Origin: Aureliella sp.
GTDB taxonomy: Bacteria; Planctomycetota; Planctomycetia; Pirellulales; Pirellulaceae
Assembly: GCA_963691875.1 (NCBI GenBank)
Contig: OY829846.1
Location: forward strand, 352,001-416,000
DNA length: 64,000 nt
Direction: 5' to 3'
The notes below the pieces were generated by a model. It worked only from the letters and a program-made list of their open reading frames with translations, made no database searches and was not told the origin of the DNA. Position numbers and translations under genes: made by a program. Positions 11,231 through 21,106 of this stretch are shown piece by piece. How positions within the stretch are numbered: the first letter of the stretch is position 1; each line of letters starts with the position of its first letter.

Positions 11231-11530
11231 GACGGCATGAGGTTGGAGAAAGAGCAGCAGAGAGAACGGTTTAATTTTGGCAGAACCGGTGCTCCCTCAC
11301 CAGTGTGAACGCCATACAACCGACCCGCCAAAATGTGTCATTCAGGTACCGCACTTCTCGCCACCAGCATCGGATCTGTGGCGACTGGACAATACTCATG
11401 GCAAAGAACGCACGTACCGCTTTTTCCCCTGGCATCGGTCGTACCGGTTAGGTGGCGGCCGCACGTTCGATAAAACTATGTCGCGGAGAATCACTGATTG
11501 TGAGGAATCAAGCGGATCAACCAGAGTCTC

Positions 11531-13090
11531 CTATCGTTGCTCCTGCAAAAAGTTTTGATAAGCACGAATTGCTTCCGCACCCCAGACGGCCTGATTAAGT
11601 CGACTAGCGAACTCAGGGTCGGTCGCGCCCGTGTTAAAGACGACGACTGTCGCACCAAAGTCGAAGTGGCGCCGAAGATAATCATTCATAGGTAAGCCGG
11701 CTGTACCGAAACCGCTGGGGGTCGCTTCGGTGCTGGCCCAAGCAGGGTTGTCATTCGCGGCAAGTGCTTCGTATAGCAGGCCGAAATCATGCTGCAGCGG
11801 TCCGACCGGATAGGTCGTCCAACCGGGGCGACAGGATTCTGCGAATGCGATGGAAATAGGGGCATTCGTGAACTCCACACCGGGCGAACCAACTACTCCC
11901 GCTCCTGCGGCGACATGGCTGTACATTCGGTTTGGCGGCACGCCACCTTCAGCAAGATTTCGCGCCCAAAGTGAAATGTACTCTTGATTTACTTTCGCCA
12001 ACGCCTTGGCAAGGTCCGGCGGAGGATTGGTCTTGGTGTAGCCAAGGTTTGTCAGCGCATTAAATCCTAAACGCTTGCGCGGAACGCCGTCGCGCTGCAT
12101 CTTTTCGGCGATTCGCGGATTGACTTTGTCGATCACAGCGTAGTTGGGAAGTGCGGGTTCGGCACCCACGGTCACTCCGGCGAAGAGGTGCTGCTTGTTG
12201 GCATCAGCGAGCCTCTCGATCCCGTTTGCTATAGCCGGGGCAATGAAATCTTTCGCCAGTCGTGCCACTTCCTTCTGTACAGCGGGGCTGTTGTAGCAGA
12301 TCACGGGCGGCATCTGTTCGGGACGCCCCCAATCGCGATAGCGATGCGGATGCGCTGTGCCGTCCCAGTCTGTCCACTCGACGTTCTTTGAGTTGGCCGG
12401 ATCGTAGCCCGGCTTGTTTTCGTCGTTGAAGTTCCAAAGATCGGGGCGATTTTCCCATTCAAGGTTTTCGATCGTAATGTAGACAGCAACATCGTGACGT
12501 AACGCAACGTCAATGGCTCCGTTGACAGACCGCGTAATGATCCCTGGGTTTGCATTTGGATTAAAAAGATGTTCCGGATCGAACCGCCAGGCTGGAATCA
12601 TTAGATGGAAGCCCCAGTTGTGATTCGACGGGTCGATGGCCGAACCGAGTTGTCGCTTTGTCCGCAAGATTCCCTGTTCGAAGGCGTCAACATTGCCTCC
12701 ATGAAGATGACCAGCTTCGGGGACGGGGAGAATGATGTAGTGTGTCTCGTCCGTTCGCCGCTGAAACTTACGAATCCGCTGGACTGCATGCGGATCCGTG
12801 CCGGTTTCGAGAATGTTGAGAGCGCGATCGACTAGTTTTTCGGCGCGATCGAAGTCTCCTTCTTTCATCAAAGGATGTAACTCACCCATGAACTGACTGA
12901 TCCGATGCCAACGTTGGGCTCGCTGCTGAAATCGCTGCATCTTTTGTTCAAACGACTGAGAAGGTCGCTCCTGTGCGGACGAGAACGCTGCAACACTTAA
13001 AGCGAAGATCGGTGTAAGGGGGACAATCGCAAACCACGTTCGCAATGATCCCCAGGCTTGGGGAGGTAGGCATTTAAACGAGCGTTTCAT
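11531..13090 (-). CDS. Exported hypothetical protein, possible glycoside-hydrolase-like TIM barrel
   Basis: Long ORF with ATG at 13090, an upstream GGAG and a hydrophobic signal. NVEWTDWDG and aromatic-rich motifs are present; the fold is a guess. Confidence 0.7.
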   Translation of the reverse strand: MKRSFKCLPPQAWGSLRTWFAIVPLTPIFALSVAAFSSAQERPSQSFEQKMQRFQQRAQRWHRISQFMGELHPLMKEGDFDRAEKLVDRALNILETGTDPHAVQRIRKFQRRTDETHYIILPVPEAGHLHGGNVDAFEQGILRTKRQLGSAIDPSNHNWGFHLMIPAWRFDPEHLFNPNANPGIITRSVNGAIDVALRHDVAVYITIENLEWENRPDLWNFNDENKPGYDPANSKNVEWTDWDGTAHPHRYRDWGRPEQMPPVICYNSPAVQKEVARLAKDFIAPAIANGIERLADANKQHLFAGVTVGAEPALPNYAVIDKVNPRIAEKMQRDGVPRKRLGFNALTNLGYTKTNPPPDLAKALAKVNQEYISLWARNLAEGGVPPNRMYSHVAAGAGVVGSPGVEFTNAPISIAFAESCRPGWTTYPVGPLQHDFGLLYEALAANDNPAWASTEATPSGFGTAGLPMNDYLRRHFDFGATVVVFNTGATDPEFASRLNQAVWGAEAIRAYQNFLQEQR

Positions 13091-13130
13091 TCTTCGTCTC
13101 CTCTGGTTCAGTCCTTCAAGGTTGTCAAAC

Positions 13131-14024
13131 TCAATCATCGAACGGCTCGAAATCCATCGCAATACCGATTTCCATGTGCGTGAGAATCTGCGGAACGAGT
13201 TTGCTATGCTCGGGGTGGTGCTGGTAAGTCTGCAACGCTTTCTTAGAGTCAAACACAGCGATTTCTCCGTATTGGAATCCGTGGCTGTTGCGAGCTACGT
13301 TCTTCCCGACCACGAATTCCTTAAGAACCGGAATGCGTGACTTCGTAGCGGCAAGTTTGATCATTAGTTGTTCGAGTTTTTCCTGCGGCGCTGCTGGCCT
13401 GAATTTAAAGCTGAAAGCGTGAATGAACATCTTCTTTGGTGATTCGCCTTCTGAGTCGTCTACTTTTAAAAAGCTAGCGTCTTTCAGAGGAGTAAAGTCC
13501 ATGGTGACGCCGTGAACCATTTTCGGTCCGATCTTGCGGACGAGCTTGAGATGATCGGGATGGCGTTCGAAGACTTCCAGATCTTCCTTTTTGTCGAAGA
13601 CAACGATTTCACCGTATTGAAATCCGTGTGCCTGCCGAGCCTCGTTTTTTCCGATCAGAAACTGCCTTACGCCGGGAATATTCTTCGACGCTGCTGCCAG
13701 CTCTTTCAATAACCCTTCGATTTCCGCCTCATCAACATCATCCTTGAATTTGAAGTAGAACAAGTGAATGAATTTTCCGTCGGTGTCCGTTGCGGGGCTG
13801 TCAGTTCCCATGGTGATTCGCTCCGCACTTTCGCTGGCGGCTTGCTGTAATCGACGTGTTTCTTGAGCGTCGGCTGGAACAACGAACGTCCCGAGTGCGG
13901 CGAATACTCCAAGCACCAGATAGGTTGCTCCACCTTGCGAAATGGTACTCCAGGGGCTGCGCCAGGACTCCAAGTTGCTCAACCGCGTCGCGGGAAGCCT
14001 ATTGTACATTTTTTTTGTTTTCAT
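13131..14024 (-). CDS. Tandem Dabb (stress-responsive A/B barrel) domain protein with export signal
   Basis: Two repeats of FIH.F.FKF...IP.....GKN.AR..HGFQYGEI.VFD.K..L.....HP.H. Confidence 0.9.
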   Translation of the reverse strand: MKTKKMYNRLPATRLSNLESWRSPWSTISQGGATYLVLGVFAALGTFVVPADAQETRRLQQAASESAERITMGTDSPATDTDGKFIHLFYFKFKDDVDEAEIEGLLKELAAASKNIPGVRQFLIGKNEARQAHGFQYGEIVVFDKKEDLEVFERHPDHLKLVRKIGPKMVHGVTMDFTPLKDASFLKVDDSEGESPKKMFIHAFSFKFRPAAPQEKLEQLMIKLAATKSRIPVLKEFVVGKNVARNSHGFQYGEIAVFDSKKALQTYQHHPEHSKLVPQILTHMEIGIAMDFEPFDD

Positions 14025-14051
14025 CGATTGCCCTCTGTCAGTTGAGCGTTT

Positions 14052-16901
14052 CTATCGTGGTAGCACAGATTGTTTCCGTCGGTCTTTAAGGATTCCATCC
14101 AACAGGTTGCACGCTTCCTTGCGTAGTCCGAATTCAGATTCAATCTCCTCGTCCATTACAAGATGAAAGTCTCCATCGCTGGTGTAATTTGGCCAATTCG
14201 GATTTCCATCCACGTTGGGATTGCCAGTCTTGGCGAATTGTACCCAGTAGTCCATGAACGCATTAGACAGCTCCGCGTCGTCCGGTTTGGGTTGCTCGAG
14301 GTTGCCGAAGACGTATCCGATCTCGGCGGCATGTGCCGCGCCCATCCAGCCCCAGACTGGTTTGGTAAAGTGGTACATCCAAACCTCTGTGCCCTGCCGG
14401 TCCATTGCTCGAGCAAACTCGCGAGCGGGCTGGACGAACCAGATGTCAGTAATCTGCTGGACGGCGACTCTCCAAAGATCATCTTCGGATTTAGGTCTAT
14501 AGAAGTCCGCGACTTTTTCTCCGTGTTTCCCGAATCGTTCGGCCATCGCTTGCTTGTAAGTTTCCAGCGTCCCTCCGAATGCATTGCGTGATGCGAACAT
14601 CGTGCCTTCGTCGCGGTTGGTCCCGATGACGACTGGAATGTCGTGCTGTTCTCCGTCAGCGTAGATCTGATGAGGAGGCTTGGGGAAGACCCATCCGTCC
14701 GTTGCAACGGGCCAGCGCTGCTTAACCTTGTTCAAAACATCCTCAGCTGGCAGTCCTCGTAGCTTTGCCAAAACATCGTCTGCATCAGCCTTGCCACCAA
14801 ACAACTTTCGGGCTTGCTCTTCGCCATCGAATTCGGCTGGTGGGCCGTTTACAGTTTCGTCATTCAGATCTCGAAAGATAGCTGGATCAAGCCATGGACT
14901 TTGCAGGACGGCTCGATGAAACAACCCTTTAGACAGCGGCGTGGCCGCGAGTAGATAGACGCTGGTTCCGCCGGCGGATTCACCGAAGATCGTCACGTTG
15001 TCCGGATCGCCACCGAAATCAGCGATGTTGTCGCGAACCCACCTTAGGGCCGCAATCTGATCCAAAATCGCGTAGTTGCCTGACGATCCGTGCGGAGATT
15101 CAGCCGAAAGCGCTGGATGCGTCATAAAGCCTAATGCGCCCAGCCGATAGTTGATTGTGACGGCGACAACGCCACGTTTGGCCAATTGTGTTCCGTCGTA
15201 GCCCGGTTGATGTCCAGATCCCTGAGTGAAGCCACCGCCATGAATCCAGACCATCACGGGGCGTTTTTTTTCGGAACGATTTCGAGCTGTCCAGACGTTT
15301 AAGTACAAACAGTCTTCACTCTGATGACCACCACCTCGCTTGCTCTTTTGCAGAGACTTTGCCGCGTACTGCTTACACTTACGAATCTCCGACCACTTGG
15401 GTGCCGGTTGGGGAGGTCGCCATCGCAGTTCTCCTGTCGGCGGCGCCGCGTATGGGATGCCTCTGTAGATTTCAATCGCATCGTCTCGCGTCGCAGTGCC
15501 GGAGACCGGACCAAGTTTGGTCTGAACGACCGCTGGCTCGTCTTTAGCCCCAGTCGCGACTATATGTGCATCTTTTGTCAAGCAGTAAACCTTTGTCAGA
15601 GTGCGGACGAGCAGTTTGTCGCCCACGACACTCGGCGTTGCGATGCAGAGTTCTTCCAGTGGATTGGTGTTGAGAATCTCGAACTTCGGTCCTGCTTTGA
15701 TCACATAGGTCAATCCTTCTTCGCTGAGGCAGAACACCTTGCCATTGTAGGCCCAAGGGGATGCGGTGAAGCTGCCTTTCGGCGAAAAGCGACGCTTGCC
15801 GTAGACCTCTTCGCCTGTCAATGCATTGTGACAGGTCATGAATCCTTGATCGTAGACAGTGTACAGGTAGTCGCCGTAAACGATTTGCGTTGTGTTGTAG
15901 GGGGACGCCTTGGGCTGGTACCATTCGATAAAATCGCTCTTTGTAAAGCCGTTCTCAACGTTGATTTTCCCTACAGCACCGGGACGCAGAGCGAACGTTG
16001 GGCGATGAGAGTCGCCGACGTAACCGGACGAGATGTAGCACATGCCATGTGCGGCGAACGGTGACGGAATCACCAACACCGACATCTTTCCGGGGAAGCT
16101 CCAAAGCACCTTACCGTCAAGCGAGTAGCTACGATTGCTTCGCTGGCCGGGAACTACGATCTCCGTTCGCTTGTCGTTCTTCCAAACAAGCGGAGTGGCC
16201 CACGAATGGGTTTCGTCTCGCTCAGTGCGCCATCGCTGTTCACCCGTTTCGGCGTCGAAGGACGCAATCCACGAATCCTCCTTGTTGTCATAAACAACGA
16301 AGACCTGGCCGTCATGTACGACGGGCGAAGCCGCCGCGCCGTAATCAAGGTTTGTCTTCTTCGGTTCGATCCGTTGAGCCCAAATTAGGTCACCGTCAAA
16401 GCTGTAACAAAACAGTCCAAGATCCCCGAAGAGCACGAACAGACGTTCGCCATCAGTTGTTGGTGTCTCGGCTGCGTACGAACTCTTCGGATGACGCGGC
16501 ACAACAGGGTGGCCGGTGTGAGATTCGTGACTCCAGAGTTCTTTCCCGCTCGTCAAATCGAAGCAATACACCATCCAGTGGTGAATGCCCCTCGAAGGGT
16601 CGCGCACGCCTTGACCAAGGTAGAGGCCTCCCTTTGGTTTTGTGGTTTCCTGGTCTGCGACGACGGATGACAAAAAAACGCGATCACCGACGACGATCGG
16701 GCTTCCCCAACCTTGCCCGGGCACGTCGGCCACCCATACAACATTGTCGGTCTTGCTCCAGCGATCGGGAAGATTCGGATGTTCATCGGCGACACCGGTT
16801 CCTTCGTTTCCACGGAAACGCATGAAGTCATCGGCGTGTAGTCGGATCAAACAGTCGCAACAAACCGCAATCGAAAACAAAGCTAAAGCAGATCGTTTCA
16901 T
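14052..16901 (-). CDS. Fusion of a PQQ-like (BamB-type) beta-propeller and a type-B carboxylesterase
   Basis: N-terminus FRGNEGTG, GWGSPIVVGDRVF. C-terminus GIPYAAPP, SEDCLYLNVW, HGGGF, GESAG and the catalytic His region AAHAAEI. Confidence 0.9.
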   Translation of the reverse strand: MKRSALALFSIAVCCDCLIRLHADDFMRFRGNEGTGVADEHPNLPDRWSKTDNVVWVADVPGQGWGSPIVVGDRVFLSSVVADQETTKPKGGLYLGQGVRDPSRGIHHWMVYCFDLTSGKELWSHESHTGHPVVPRHPKSSYAAETPTTDGERLFVLFGDLGLFCYSFDGDLIWAQRIEPKKTNLDYGAAASPVVHDGQVFVVYDNKEDSWIASFDAETGEQRWRTERDETHSWATPLVWKNDKRTEIVVPGQRSNRSYSLDGKVLWSFPGKMSVLVIPSPFAAHGMCYISSGYVGDSHRPTFALRPGAVGKINVENGFTKSDFIEWYQPKASPYNTTQIVYGDYLYTVYDQGFMTCHNALTGEEVYGKRRFSPKGSFTASPWAYNGKVFCLSEEGLTYVIKAGPKFEILNTNPLEELCIATPSVVGDKLLVRTLTKVYCLTKDAHIVATGAKDEPAVVQTKLGPVSGTATRDDAIEIYRGIPYAAPPTGELRWRPPQPAPKWSEIRKCKQYAAKSLQKSKRGGGHQSEDCLYLNVWTARNRSEKKRPVMVWIHGGGFTQGSGHQPGYDGTQLAKRGVVAVTINYRLGALGFMTHPALSAESPHGSSGNYAILDQIAALRWVRDNIADFGGDPDNVTIFGESAGGTSVYLLAATPLSKGLFHRAVLQSPWLDPAIFRDLNDETVNGPPAEFDGEEQARKLFGGKADADDVLAKLRGLPAEDVLNKVKQRWPVATDGWVFPKPPHQIYADGEQHDIPVVIGTNRDEGTMFASRNAFGGTLETYKQAMAERFGKHGEKVADFYRPKSEDDLWRVAVQQITDIWFVQPAREFARAMDRQGTEVWMYHFTKPVWGWMGAAHAAEIGYVFGNLEQPKPDDAELSNAFMDYWVQFAKTGNPNVDGNPNWPNYTSDGDFHLVMDEEIESEFGLRKEACNLLDGILKDRRKQSVLPR

Positions 16902-17295
16902 CAATACTCGTACTCTCACGGCAAAATGTCCTTCAAGCAAGTCATCATCGCTTCAAAGCCTCGATCGCCAATTTGTTGGTTTTTTTAGGCGGCGACAATT
17001 GAGATTGTACTCGTTCTTACCGATCACCGCTGTTGACTGGCGTAGAGTTCGCCTCGGCCGCTGGTTGGGTTTGCCGCGAAGGTTATTCGCTAGTTGGAGT
17101 CCGCCCCTGTGCAAAAAGTCCGCCCGAGCGAATCTATAGGTGGGAATGAGTAGTTTGCTTCAGATAGAAGCCTGCGTTAATGGCTGAAATCGCTGCAGGA
17201 GCCTGGTAGTGCGTACGATTGCGGCAGCGAAGCAGATGGAATTGCTAAGGTGATGTACTCGTTAGTGGATCGACGCTTTGGTTGCGACTTAGAGA

Positions 17296-18392
17296 CTATG
17301 CCGCTTTTCGCGAGTAGCTTTTCAACAAACCGTCGAGACGCTCTTTTTGCATCGGATATCGGACACCCGAATCTTATCGACGGGATTCGGCAATTTGCCA
17401 GACTTCTTGGTCGTCACGTGGGTTGGTCGCTCGTTTTCCAGCCTCTGATGAGGACGCTCTCGGTGGTAGTGGTCGCAAAACTCGGAACATATCAGACTCA
17501 TGTGCTTCTCGCCGAACACGATGAAATGATCGAGGCACTCCTGCTTGATCGTTTGCACAAAACGCTCGACAAATGCAACTGTATTCGGTGACCGAATGGC
17601 CGTTCGGCGAGTCTCGATCTTCTTATCCTTGAATGCGTCGAGAAACGGTCGCGCATATTTGCCGTCGTTGTCGTGCATCAGAATCTTACAGGGCAGCTTC
17701 TCTGATTTGCTGTGACGAATGAACTCCTCCGATTGCTCGACCATCCACTCTTTATCGGGCTTATACGTCGTCGGCGTGATGAACACTCGACGCGTCTCAA
17801 CGTGCAGGAATACGAGAACGAACACGTCTCGCAGTCCGGTCTTTGAGACGATCTTCTTCGAGAAAAAGTCGCATTGCCACATGGTGGCTGCATGACGTTT
17901 CAGGAATTCATCCCAAGTGCCTGGTCCACGTTCCGGACCGGTTTCGTAGCCGTTGCGTTTGAGGATGTTTTTCACCGTATTCCGAGTCACCGACTCGATG
18001 CCAAGCTTCTTGAGTTCGCCAAGAATCCGGGTGTAACCCCATCCGGTATCTTTAGCGAGTTTCAGAATCAGCTTCTCGATATCCTCCCCGGTTCTCGGCC
18101 TTCCCTTCTTGGGCTGTTGCTTTCCTTTCTTGCCCGAGTCTTCTCGAATCCAGCGACGGATCGTCGATGGATGAACTATCGTTGCCAGCTCATTCAATGC
18201 TGAACCGACGTTCTTGGCGAATCGGACTAATCGATTCTTCTCGCGTTGAGTCAGGCTCATTCGCTCTGGAAGCCGGCTTCGCAAGATCTGGTTTTCGGCC
18301 TTGAGGTAGCTCACTTGGCGGGCCAATTCCTTGTCGGTGGACTTGGCGATTACGAGCATCAAAGAGGTGTAAACGTTTCGGAAGCTCGCCAT
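17296..18392 (-). pseudogene. rve integrase-core transposase with a frameshift about 15 codons before the end
   Basis: DDE motifs WQCDFF, LMHDNDGKY and FVERFVQTIKQE. Extra As near 17345 give KKSVSTVC instead of ERLxGLLKSYSRKAA. Confidence 0.85.
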
Positions 18393-18450
18393 CGAGATTA
18401 TGCTGTGATTTACGGGGTAAGTCGCTATCGGAGCGGACTTTTTGCACCCC

Positions 18451-18727
18451 GGGTTCGGGCTTCCAAAGTAGTCAGCGAAGCACCGATTTCAATTCACGGC
18501 ATGCTTCCGTCCGGCCACGTCGTAAGAGTCGCGTCACACACGACCACTTGGAGATCGAATGTGACGCTCGAACCAGAGAACTTTTCAACCACTCAAGGTT
18601 GGAGAGTGACACATCCGCCGCATCCTTAACCGGATGAGTACCGGAACCCGCAAGTTGCAGTTATCTCAGCACTTACAAATGTGAGTACTCCTCGCGAATT
18701 CTCATGTAAGGGTCCTGCACAGGGAGG
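18451..18727 (+). ncRNA. Candidate structured RNA, subfamily-1 leader (copy A)
   Basis: Stems GCGTCACA(18531)/TGTGACGC(18560), CTTTTCAACC(18581)/GGTTGGAGAG(18597), CATCCG(18612)/CGGATG(18631) and ACTTAC/GTGAGT. Confidence 0.45.
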
Positions 18728-19184
18728 AACTGAAACGCCGACCAGATACATCTCGACCAAAGCCTCTTCAACACTAGTCTCGCCACGCTTGTAACGCTCG
18801 ATAATCTGCGTCTCAAACGGTAGCTTGCGCAGTCGTGGGACTTTCAATTCCACTTCCCCAGCCTTCGTCTGAAGCTTCCGAGTGTAGCTACCTGCTCGCG
18901 TATCAACGCGGTCCGCTGATCGTTCATACCTCTTCGCTTCAGTCAGTTGGTCCGCTTCAGCCTCTAGCAGGCTATTCAACGTTTCCTAAACAGAGCTACG
19001 AACAACTTCGTCTACATGACAGCGAAGCTGACTCTCTTCGACCTTGATCACGCTGGTCTTCGTCAGTTCCTCTGGTAAACTTCTCATCGGTGGTTGGTTG
19101 TTGTGTTAGGTTTTGATCGCAAAACATTTCCTAGCAGGTCAAGGAACACCTTTCAAATTTTGTGCGACGATTTAAGAAGTTACC
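18728..19184 (-). mobile_element. IS256-family remnant (left end plus 5' transposase with an internal stop), cut by copy A
   Basis: LLEAEAD..RYERS..DTRAGSYTRKLQTKAGEVELKVPRLR..EMYLVGVS. ATG at 19087, in-frame TAG near 18986. End-like GGTAACTTCTTAAATCGTCGCACA starts at 19184 on the minus strand. Confidence 0.85.
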
Positions 19185-19441
19185 AGTAGGAACGTTTCCT
19201 GCGAACGGCTTACAACGTAATTTGCAGTGAGAATCTGCGTCGGTTGAATGACGCGGACAAGTTGGATGAGCACAAATCACAGATACGAGCCGAGGCACAG
19301 ACACTTCGTTGCGACGGCTGAGATCTTGCACATCCCTGACGGTTACCAGTTCAAGGATCCAGAAATTTACGAGAGGATTCGAATTGGAGCGGTTCCAATC
19401 ATGGACTCGTTGAAAGTTCACCAATCCACGAGGCAGAGCTG

Positions 19442-21106
19442 ATGAATGACTTGCGTTTTGGGCTAGGCGATTTCGTCATGTGCAACCTTGGGCCGAGCGG
19501 TTGGAAGCTTGGACGAATTATAATGCTGCATTACCGCGAAGCTGAGTGGCCAGCCGGAAAAGAAGCTCCCTATCAAGTTGCGATTGAAGAGGATCACTTG
19601 CTCATCTACGTTCCAGAGGACGAAGACAGCTACTGCCGTGAACCAACACGTGAGGATTTGAGAATCGCCCGCTGCCTTGACGCTCTGGCCGAGCGACCCG
19701 CGGTACAAGCAACTGCAGCCAGTACTGAAACGACTGAGGCTCGAACTGAGTCCGAGCGACAAATTGCGGTAGCAAGTCTTGGCTGTGCGGATGACGCCAA
19801 GCGAGGTTACAGCCCAGGCTATCGTGATGGACGGTGCCACGGCTGCGACTGTTGTCCCAAGAACTGGACGAGCGTCGAGCTTTATAGCGAGCACTACCGG
19901 TGTGCGGAGAGGAACGGTCTGAAAGTCAGGCAGCATACTGTCGACCTCGGTACCGTCCGAGTTGGAGACTCAATACAACAACCCGATGTTGAGAGCCTGC
20001 CGAGCAAAGAAGGGTTTATGCAATCCCCTACGCTCATGCGGCTGCCGCCAGGCGTATTATTCACGGACGATGGAAGACTCGCCGGCCAAGTGCAATTCGA
20101 TCCACACCGTGAAGCCACGTATGAGGTCGATTTTGTTGCAGTGAGCACAGCCGACTGGGAAGATCCAGCAGTCGGCCTCGTTCGCTTGGAGATTACCTTC
20201 GTGGTAGAGGGTAATCATCCGCCGAGTGGATTTGATGTCGCTACTTTCGAACAGGAGCAGCAACGAGCAAACAAGATTGCCAACGAGATTTATAGTGACC
20301 TTGGTTACGCTTGGAACCAGTGGGAGCGGGGAGAACTCGACAATCGCGACACTTGCGAACAAATGTGTGCTGATCTTGGCCGACTTCGGCAGCTTCTTGA
20401 ACAGCATCCACGGCTTGACGGGGGAAGGTGGTGGGCTCAGCTCGGCGGGTATTATATGAATGTGCACAAACTGCTTGAGAACACACTTTTCGAATGCGAG
20501 CTCTATCTTGGCCACGCCCTCACGTTTGGCGATTCAGAAGTTCGCTGGCTGGCCGAGCAAAACCTTAGGGGTTGTTTCCAAAAGCGACTTTTGGAGGCGG
20601 CCCGGTTCATGTGGATCGATGGTCTGGAGCAGATGATGCGGGGTGAGTGGGCGGCAGCTGCGGAGACGTTGCGTCTCGCGGCCGCTAAGCGAGATGGTTG
20701 GGGCTGGGCGGTGAACTTCGGCGACATCTGGTTTAGCGAGTCGGCCGCGCGGCTGGTGCATGGCGCAATGCTCTTGGATTCCGATCCCGAAGATCGCACA
20801 GGGACTGAGTCGATCGACGAGGCGGAGCGATTGTTAAAACGGGGTGTGACGCGGACCGCTGAGGCGGGTTATTTTGGGCCGGAGGGGCACCCTTGGGCCT
20901 CGGAGATTGGAGAGGCCCTCGCGTCGTATCGAAGGCTAACCAGTAGCAGCGCGTACACCAGTCAATGGCTCGAAGCATTCAAAATGCGGACGACCTATTG
21001 GTGTGCGCAGGTACTAGGTGGCGCACCGCCATTCCCACCGACGATCAGACCCCGGAGAGAAGATGCTTCAGATCTGGTACAGCGTATCGTATCGCTTAAA
21101 GCATGA
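19442..21106 (+). CDS. Hypothetical multidomain protein (SH3/Tudor-like N-terminus, Cys cluster, Ig-like segment, helical C-terminus)
   Basis: 554-aa ORF with LRFGLGDFVMCNLG..YRE..W...APYQV, CHGCDCC and LPPGVLFTDDGRLAG. Confidence 0.8.
   Translation: MNDLRFGLGDFVMCNLGPSGWKLGRIIMLHYREAEWPAGKEAPYQVAIEEDHLLIYVPEDEDSYCREPTREDLRIARCLDALAERPAVQATAASTETTEARTESERQIAVASLGCADDAKRGYSPGYRDGRCHGCDCCPKNWTSVELYSEHYRCAERNGLKVRQHTVDLGTVRVGDSIQQPDVESLPSKEGFMQSPTLMRLPPGVLFTDDGRLAGQVQFDPHREATYEVDFVAVSTADWEDPAVGLVRLEITFVVEGNHPPSGFDVATFEQEQQRANKIANEIYSDLGYAWNQWERGELDNRDTCEQMCADLGRLRQLLEQHPRLDGGRWWAQLGGYYMNVHKLLENTLFECELYLGHALTFGDSEVRWLAEQNLRGCFQKRLLEAARFMWIDGLEQMMRGEWAAAAETLRLAAAKRDGWGWAVNFGDIWFSESAARLVHGAMLLDSDPEDRTGTESIDEAERLLKRGVTRTAEAGYFGPEGHPWASEIGEALASYRRLTSSSAYTSQWLEAFKMRTTYWCAQVLGGAPPFPPTIRPRREDASDLVQRIVSLKA

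Larger units (their letters stand above)
17101..18727 (-). mobile_element. Subfamily-1 rve/DDE transposon copy A (long right tail)
   Basis: Ends CCGCCCCTGTGCAAAAAGTCC and TGCACAGGGAGG, with inner repeat GGACTTTTTGCACCCC at about 18435-18450. Homologous to 55086-56556 and 60519-61978. Confidence 0.9.
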
